A stretch of 64,000 nucleotides of DNA. It comes from a bacterium (GTDB lineage: Bacteria > SAR324 > NAC60-12). The notes beneath the pieces were generated by a model, which saw only the letters and a program-made list of their open reading frames with translations, was not told where the DNA came from and searched no databases. The position numbers and the translations under genes are program-made. Positions 52,144 through 64,000 of this stretch are shown here, one piece after another. The DNA is taken from assembly GCA_965233585.1 (NCBI GenBank), contig CBDDTI010000615.1, positions 21,025 through 85,024 of the forward strand, in the 5' to 3' direction. How positions within the stretch are numbered: the first letter of the stretch is position 1; every line of letters begins with the position of its first letter.

Positions 52144-52821
52144 GCACCCCTATCAAAGCTTGTATCCAGCAGCTTTGAATGCCGGAAAGTCAGAAAACAT
52201 AGGTCCTAACTGATTGTGGGCTTGGGTTGGTTCAAGCTGGATCAGAAATGTACAACCAGCTGAATGAGACAGGCAAACTGCCCGACTGCCTTAGTCAATA
52301 TCAGCACTACTTTGACCGCACAATGCGTGTGCCCAACAAAGCCAGCTCTTGCCATAAGAAAGCCTCAAGCACAAGTATGCCCATGTCAAACCGTCACTTA
52401 CCAGTTTCCAAATATGAGGGCGGCGCCGTCCACTCCTCTTAGGTTGAACATCTGGCTCTTCTCCGAAGTTCTTCTGAAGCCATCACTATAGAGCACTAGG
52501 ATGTAAGGAATAGGCCTGCTAAGAAAACACAATTTGGTAAGTGCTAGTGCTGGATCCCACCTGCTGGTACTACCAAAATCCCGACTGGCCAAAAGCGGTG
52601 CCCAAAAATGCAAAAATTGGTGCCCGACTGGGTCCCGACGGGATCCCGACGAGATTCCGACTGGATCCATATCGGCAAGAACCCACTCCCGCACCTATTT
52701 TTCCCTTCCCAGACCCACCCTTGCCCCTATTTTCCTTTTCCGCGCACCAGCCGTGCACCAATACCCCCCCCTCCTGCACCAAAACGGCAAAAGCAGTCTT
52801 AAGCCAAACGGGGGTTCTACA

Positions 52822-58060
<5,239 letters not shown>

Positions 58061-58090
58061 CAATGACCTTACTCTGCCGAAACTGCGTGC

Positions 58091-58492
58091 GTGTGTGTGT
58101 GTGACACATCTGTATAGATGTAAAACTTCTATTTCTTGTTGTATATATATATATGCGGGGGAGTGGAGCAGGCCTGCAGAGCTCCACTTAACAAAGCTCT
58201 CTGCAGTGTCCTGAGGATATCACTGGAGACGTCCAGTGACGTACCTGCTCGGTTGTGACCACCTGTTTTTCAGGGTCTGCTTCCTATCTCATTTTTGACT
58301 GACATGGCAAGCGGCTAAGCCCAGAACCGCAAAACGGAAACCTTTATTTCACGGTTGGCGCAATCTGAACAACCCTTGTGGGGTCCATTATACATGATCG
58401 CCGATTCATCGCCGATATATTGTAACTAATCTGCATGTTACAGGACTCAGTTCCTGCCGGATCAATATAATGATACATTCTTATCTAGTGTG
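58091..58492. repeat. ~400-bp structured repeat, copy 1, bounded by (GT)n
   Basis: Near-identical to 59369-59772; contains several perfect hairpins. Confidence 0.95.
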
Positions 58493-59368
58493 ATTCCTAT
58501 GGTGACTCCGACATGGTGCCATAGGGCCAATTGAGGCAACCCCAGTTGGGGTCAATGTCGACTGAATTGACTTCCGAATTAACACATTTTAATTTGGTAA
58601 TTCGTTTACGTAAAGTGCAACAGCTGGCCTTACCATTTTGTGCCTTTTCTGTGATGTCCTGTCGCTCCGGCTGTCCCTTGAGATCCTTTGGGAAATGCAT
58701 TCTTCACAGTGCGAAGACGTGCTGAACATTCAGAAACTTCATTTTCACTGCAGCTTTTGCAATAACATGTGCAATGCAACAAGATACAGCGATGAGGCAG
58801 GCACACGACTTTCAGGTGTGGTCTTTTTCTTTTGATGGTTGTCTGTTTAGGTCAAACATATTGTGCATCTAATTCGATGGAACTTGAAAGCTGTTTTATG
58901 CCATTGCGGCACGACCTGAACACGGGCCCGGAGGGGCACAACGCACGACTTCTAGGTATTTAGGAACTGAGTCTTGTTTTAATTTTTGTGTTTCACCAAC
59001 TAATCCCCATTGGTCCCCTATCTCATGCGTTCTTCCCTCCCCAGGTAGGTCGGCTCCGTCGCGTGCTGAGGTGTGTGTAGGTTCTCGCTTTGTCAGGTTG
59101 GTTCAGGCGCTTTCGTCCTTCCCCCCCCTCCGCTGGTCTTGTTCCGTGTCCGTCGACCCTCCGCTTTTCTTTTCCCTTGCCCTTTCAGGGTTTGCCCGCT
59201 CCGGGTCAGGTGTGTCGTGTTGGTGTTCTCTCCTTCTTCTTTTGCGTTCCCCTCTTCGCGTCCTGGTTAAGTAATTTTTCATCTCATTTTCAAGGTCATC
59301 TCACCTTCACTTCCCCCTCATCCTCATTTTCACCTCATTTTCCGTCGCACCACCCTGCCAAAGGCAGG

Positions 59369-59772
59369 GTGTGTGTGTGACACATCTGTATAGATGTAAA
59401 ACTTCTATTTCTTGTTGTATATATATATATATATGCGGGGGAGTGGAGCAGGCCTGCAGAGCTCCACTTAACAAAGCTCTCTGCAGTGTCCTGAGGATAT
59501 CACTGGAGACGTCCAGTGACGTACCTGCTCGGTTGTGATCACCTGTTTTTCAGGGTCTGCTTCCTATCTCATTTTTGACTGACATGGCAAGCGGCTAAGC
59601 CCAGAACCGCAAAACGGAAACCTTTATTTCACGGTTGGCGCAATCTGAACAACCCTTGTGGGGTCCATTATACATGATCGCCGATTCATCGCCGATATAT
59701 TGTAACTAATCTGTATGTTACAGGACTCACTTCCTGCCGGATCAATATAATGATCCATTCTTATCTAGTGTG
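59369..59772. repeat. ~400-bp structured repeat, copy 2
   Basis: Differs from copy 1 at about four substitutions and in (TA)n length. Confidence 0.95.
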
Positions 59773-61943
59773 TGCGTGAGTGTAAGACCACACCGTCATA
59801 AACCCAATGTAGGTCCAAATGAAAAATTTGAGGCGTTTGCAGAAACAAGCTGAACACAATGCTCCATTCTTAGCCATATCATCTTGACAACTTCCGGCAG
59901 CTACCTGCCTGCAGACAGCTGTGCTGTCACTTTGCCCTTGCGATCGGGGATGGCCCAGCCGGTTGGTCGTTTCAACCAAAGAAATGATCGCAATGCAAAG
60001 GCTGCATTTGAACTTCTGTCGTTGTCTAGCAAACAAAAACGCGCTTAAAACCACAAACCAATGAATGAACAAAATGAAACTGTTGGGCAACTGTTGGGAC
60101 TATGAGCCCTACAGGAACATATGTTTGAAACGACCAGCCAGCAAGGGGTTATTGTTTCACGATCACAGGAAGCAGATTGCAACTAATTAGTACCGTCCAT
60201 CCCTGACAACGTGCCTGTTGGCCGGGGACTAAAATAAAACAAGTCGCTATAGCATTCATTAGCAGTCGTACTACGAAACAATAGTCAAGCGATGGACTTA
60301 TGAGGCGGAGATGTGCAGGATAGCGGTTGGGGACCCCAACACATTGAATCCATGTAATCCGTAAAAAAATGCTAATGAATTTGCTTATCCAGGTTCTACC
60401 AGTCAAAGCAAAGGAATTTGTTCCCTGTGAAATTGCTCCGGTTTCGGCGGGGAACTAGTTGAAACTGATGCGTGTTTCTGCCACAATGGCCGACACACCC
60501 CCGCAATCAACTCATCGCCTGCCGCTTGGGACTTGTTAACAGGGTTGGGCTTCCTGCGGCTGCAGAAAGGTAGAAAAAACCATGCGCTGATTCCAGGACT
60601 TTGCCAAACATTAAATTCTTCCTGATTAGTCGATCGTTTGCTAGCACATGCGTGCGTGCGCATGTGACAATCAAAAACCACCGTGAAAAACAAAGTGTAA
60701 AGAAGTGCATCAAACATCCCGGAGGTGATAGTGAAACAAATGCGATACATCATTGACATGTAAGCGCGCAAGAACAATCAAAATCTACTACGCATCTCCA
60801 ACCATATCCCAAAACTGAGTGCTCCAGAGAACTCCCAAAAACTCAGGCCCTGCCACTCCTGGAAGTTCTGTTTCGGCTGCTGCTGCTGCTGCGACCTGAT
60901 AACAGAAAAGCCCTGGACATGTTTATAATGCAGCCATGGAAACCATGGTAATGGAGTGTATCAAACTAGTTAAAACCGATTGCCTGCAACCGCGTGGTAT
61001 CAGTACATTTCTTTTGCGTCTCTGCTGGTCAAACATATACCTATGTGGTGGACCCCGTTGATGGTTTGCCGCCGTTTCGCCGCCCAAGCCGAAAACAAAC
61101 CTTGGGCCCCCTGCACGTGCAACACGGGCTACCGCCTGGAATCCAGATGGTGGCCTGCAAGGCTGACGTCTGGGATCCCATGGAGTCGCAAACAGAAATA
61201 CGCGATGTCGTACGACGCCCTGACACCAAAAAAACTATTGACATTTTGTTAAGGGATCAATGAATCAATTGAAGAAGATATAACAGAAAAAATCGATAGA
61301 TAATGCGTGAGTAATGACATTTCGCCACAGATATGTTCTGCCAGATTTGCGTGACGTGTATTGTCCTGGTGGCCCCCGTGTATTCTGGAAAATGGCATCC
61401 GCAGACATTCCATCATATATCCTGACGTTTGACATGCATTGTGGCACTTGTCCTGGCATTCTGAACATCCCAAAGCGTGATATTAGCTGCAAATAGCGGC
61501 AAAGTCTGCACTCAATGATGCACAGCGTCGTGGAGCTGGAGCAAACTTCATGACAAGAGCCCGTGAGCTTGCCATGGCTAGTGAGAGGGAGCGAGGCAGA
61601 CAAGAGGAAGAGAAAGGGGAGGAAGCGGGGAGGCAGGAGTCTGGCTAAGGGATAAAAAAAACAAATAAGGATCAAAAAACAAAATCGACGGATCAAAAAA
61701 AAACAAATAAGGATCAAAAAAACAAATAAGGACGATCGTAGTGAAAATCGTCAAGAAACTGCGGACAGGGAGGATCAAAAAAAACAAATGGGAATACACA
61801 TGAATAAAAACAAAAGAGAGTAGGTAGAAAGGGAAGTCGATTAAAAAATAAAAGCGGGTGGGGGGGTGCAGGGGGGAGGGCTGAAGAGGGGCCCTAGCGT
61901 CTACTTCAAGATCAGCTAAGGCGTCTTCCCCAATGACAGCACT

Positions 61944-62074
61944 TGTTTTACTCAGCCTGTTGCCGGTCCGTGCTTGTCTACAGGGTTACTCTATATACCT
62001 CTTGAGCCTTGAAGGGCGCATATAAATGTGCTCAATACTCATGCATGTACCTATGTAGGTATTAGGTCGAAACA
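61944..62074 (-). repeat. Candidate 3' LTR (131 bp) of a third LTR element
   Basis: TGTTT...AAACA termini and size match the 129-bp LTR at 25125, and it contains GGCTCAAG. No canonical polypurine tract is adjacent and the partner is not in the window. Confidence 0.45.
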
Positions 62075-62734
62075 AAAACACAGGCACAAATTCAAAAGCA
62101 ATGAATAGAGCACTACGCCTTGCCGTACCCAATTGGTATTAAGAGTAACTTCCTGACTTCTCTACACAATGGCAAATAGCAAATTAAACCGGAGTTACGC
62201 AGTGGCTTCGAATTTGAAACACGTGAAAGCAGCGAATGTCCTAAGGACATGTCGAAAAAGAACAGCGGATTCGCTAATTTTTCCAGTAGCGACCAATGGT
62301 GCTTCGCGCACGGTCTCTCCATAGGCAAAATGCCTCGCTCTACCGGTGAAAGTTCGAATTGAAAAGTTCGGGTTTGCAAGATTCAGAAATTCAGGTCATA
62401 CGAAAAACAATTGACCAAATCACGAAATAAACGGAAATAGCGGATCTCCAAAGTTGCTCATTCAAGCGAACAATGGACTGAAATCGAAGTTGATAATTTT
62501 TGGAGTTCACTCCACTCGGAATGGTCTGCTCGCAGGATGGTCCATGGAGATAAATGTGTATAGTATCTCTATTTACAAGAGTATCTATTTTACATTAAAC
62601 CGAAGCTCAGACACTTGTGGCATTATCTCTATCTAAAAGAGTATATGCCATCTGTGTGAGATAAGTTGATGCACAGAAAACTGTACACGGCCTCTCATGC
62701 TGTGTTATCTCCATTCAAAGAAGTATACACTCAC

Positions 62735-63991
62735 TCATAGCCAAAAGCTTGTTCTCCATGGTCTGGACGAAGAAGATGAGGATCCACCCCAACTAGCGTT
62801 GCCCTGATACGTTGATGCTTGGCCTTCATATCCCTTTCTCTTTTTCTCCTTCTGTCTTTCCTTTCTTGTATCTGCATACTGCTTCTTCTTGAAAGCCTGT
62901 TTGTAATGATGTCGTTCATTCCATGACATATCAGAAGGATCAAGATGAATAAGAATTGGATTGTGAGCATCACGATCATTTGGGGCAACCATGAAGATGT
63001 TGTGATCACCATGTAAGCAAGTTTCATTTACCTTGAAGTAAAATTCACCCACATAGTTCATGCGATCTTCATCTCCATCAAAGTCTTCAAGGTGTTCCTG
63101 ACACATCAAACGTGAATGACCCCACTCAACAACTGTTAACATACCGCAATCACCTTTACCATTTGTCTTGTTCATGAGCTCTTCGGTGTATGTTGCTGTT
63201 GTAATGCCATCCAAGTGCGTTGCAAGAAAATCCAAGTCACGATAACTGCAAGAAATGAAATGCTTGACCCTGATTGGAGGGCAAGATGAATCAAAATACT
63301 TGCGCATGGCTTGTGTTGCAACACCTACCATTCTGTTAATCCAGACTTGGATTAGGCTGTGTTGATATGTAGGGACGCCTGGAGATTTTGGTGTGCTGTA
63401 ATAGCATGCCTTGTTTCCATCACCTGCGATGAAGTCAACTTGATATCTGGCACACTCAAAAGCCATAACAGCTAAGCACTCACCAACAATACCAGCGGAG
63501 TCTGATGCATACTTCTGTCCGACGTGATAAACGCACACACGTGTCATCCTCATCCTAGCTCTTGTCAAGTCAACAATCTCATCTGTATCTCGGTCCTTTG
63601 TCTTTCCCCAAGATACCTCGAAGATTGCCCATGAGACTTGTCGAACTCGTGTGTCGTTGTCATCTGTGTGATATCCAGCAATTTGCTTGATATATCCATC
63701 CTTTCCAAGGCGAGCTGCCACCATCAAGTCATGATAGTCATTGAAGCAAGTTTTAAAGTCAACCTCGTCGAGTCTTTCTCTGTGAGGATACAATGAACCA
63801 GCCTCGCAATTCATGAAAAGATGTCCTCCAAAGTTCTTGATGACGTTGATGAAGTAATTGTTGAATTGTGTTTTGTTCTCATCAAATTTTTCATGATCCT
63901 CATCAATAGTGTAGTCAATGTGTGGAATGAATTGTTGAAATCTTTCTGGAACCGGGCATTTTTCAAATCTGTTTCTGCACCAGCTTCCCAA
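62735..63991 (-). CDS. Intronless ORF with EEP (DNase I/APE-like) motif pattern, probably 5'-incomplete and probably element-encoded
   Basis: Motifs in the expected order: LFMNCEA (QE-like), VCVYHV, VDFIAGDGN (GDxN) and DRDAHNPILIHL (SDHxP-like). It has a basic C-terminal tail and is 418 aa without introns, unlike host genes. Confidence 0.7.
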   Translation of the reverse strand: MGSWCRNRFEKCPVPERFQQFIPHIDYTIDEDHEKFDENKTQFNNYFINVIKNFGGHLFMNCEAGSLYPHRERLDEVDFKTCFNDYHDLMVAARLGKDGYIKQIAGYHTDDNDTRVRQVSWAIFEVSWGKTKDRDTDEIVDLTRARMRMTRVCVYHVGQKYASDSAGIVGECLAVMAFECARYQVDFIAGDGNKACYYSTPKSPGVPTYQHSLIQVWINRMVGVATQAMRKYFDSSCPPIRVKHFISCSYRDLDFLATHLDGITTATYTEELMNKTNGKGDCGMLTVVEWGHSRLMCQEHLEDFDGDEDRMNYVGEFYFKVNETCLHGDHNIFMVAPNDRDAHNPILIHLDPSDMSWNERHHYKQAFKKKQYADTRKERQKEKKRKGYEGQASTYQGNASWGGSSSSSSRPWRTSFWL

Positions 63992-64000
63992 ATTCCAAAA

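Noticed and set aside
60994..61560. Possible gene fragment (YTYVVDPVDGLPP...)
   Set aside because: Short ORFs with no motif I can identify and no consistent exon chain.

Overview
Eukaryotic nuclear DNA dominated by repeats and transposons. GC- and GA-donor introns with AG|G acceptors, micro-exons and spliced-leader-like relics point to a dinoflagellate, probably Symbiodiniaceae (inference). (1) 1-6112 is the end of an almost CpG-free element with hairpin-bearing repeat arrays and orphan ORFs. It is inserted into (2), a decayed minus-strand Ty1/copia-like LTR retrotransposon (~6113-24540: integrase, protease, gag with a CCCH-like finger) that carries an extra HAD-phosphatase-like ORF upstream of gag. 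That ORF is split by (3), an 11,253-bp CACTA/EnSpm-like DNA transposon (11225-22477) with CCC-starting TIRs, a 2-bp TG target duplication and four intron-containing genes, one a transposase. (4) The 5' stub of a second LTR element follows. (5) An AT-rich TA-flanked element and an inverted partial copy form a ~2.5-kb inverted repeat around an 8.6-kb spacer with internal duplications. (6) A host class I SAM methyltransferase gene in micro-exons lies at ~52143 to <=45327 (minus strand), with repeats in its introns. (7) A 5-kb GATA-type satellite and two copies of a structured ~400-bp repeat follow. (8) The window ends in a probable third LTR element whose last ORF has EEP/APE-like nuclease motifs. 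All family assignments come from motif recognition by eye; no database search was run.
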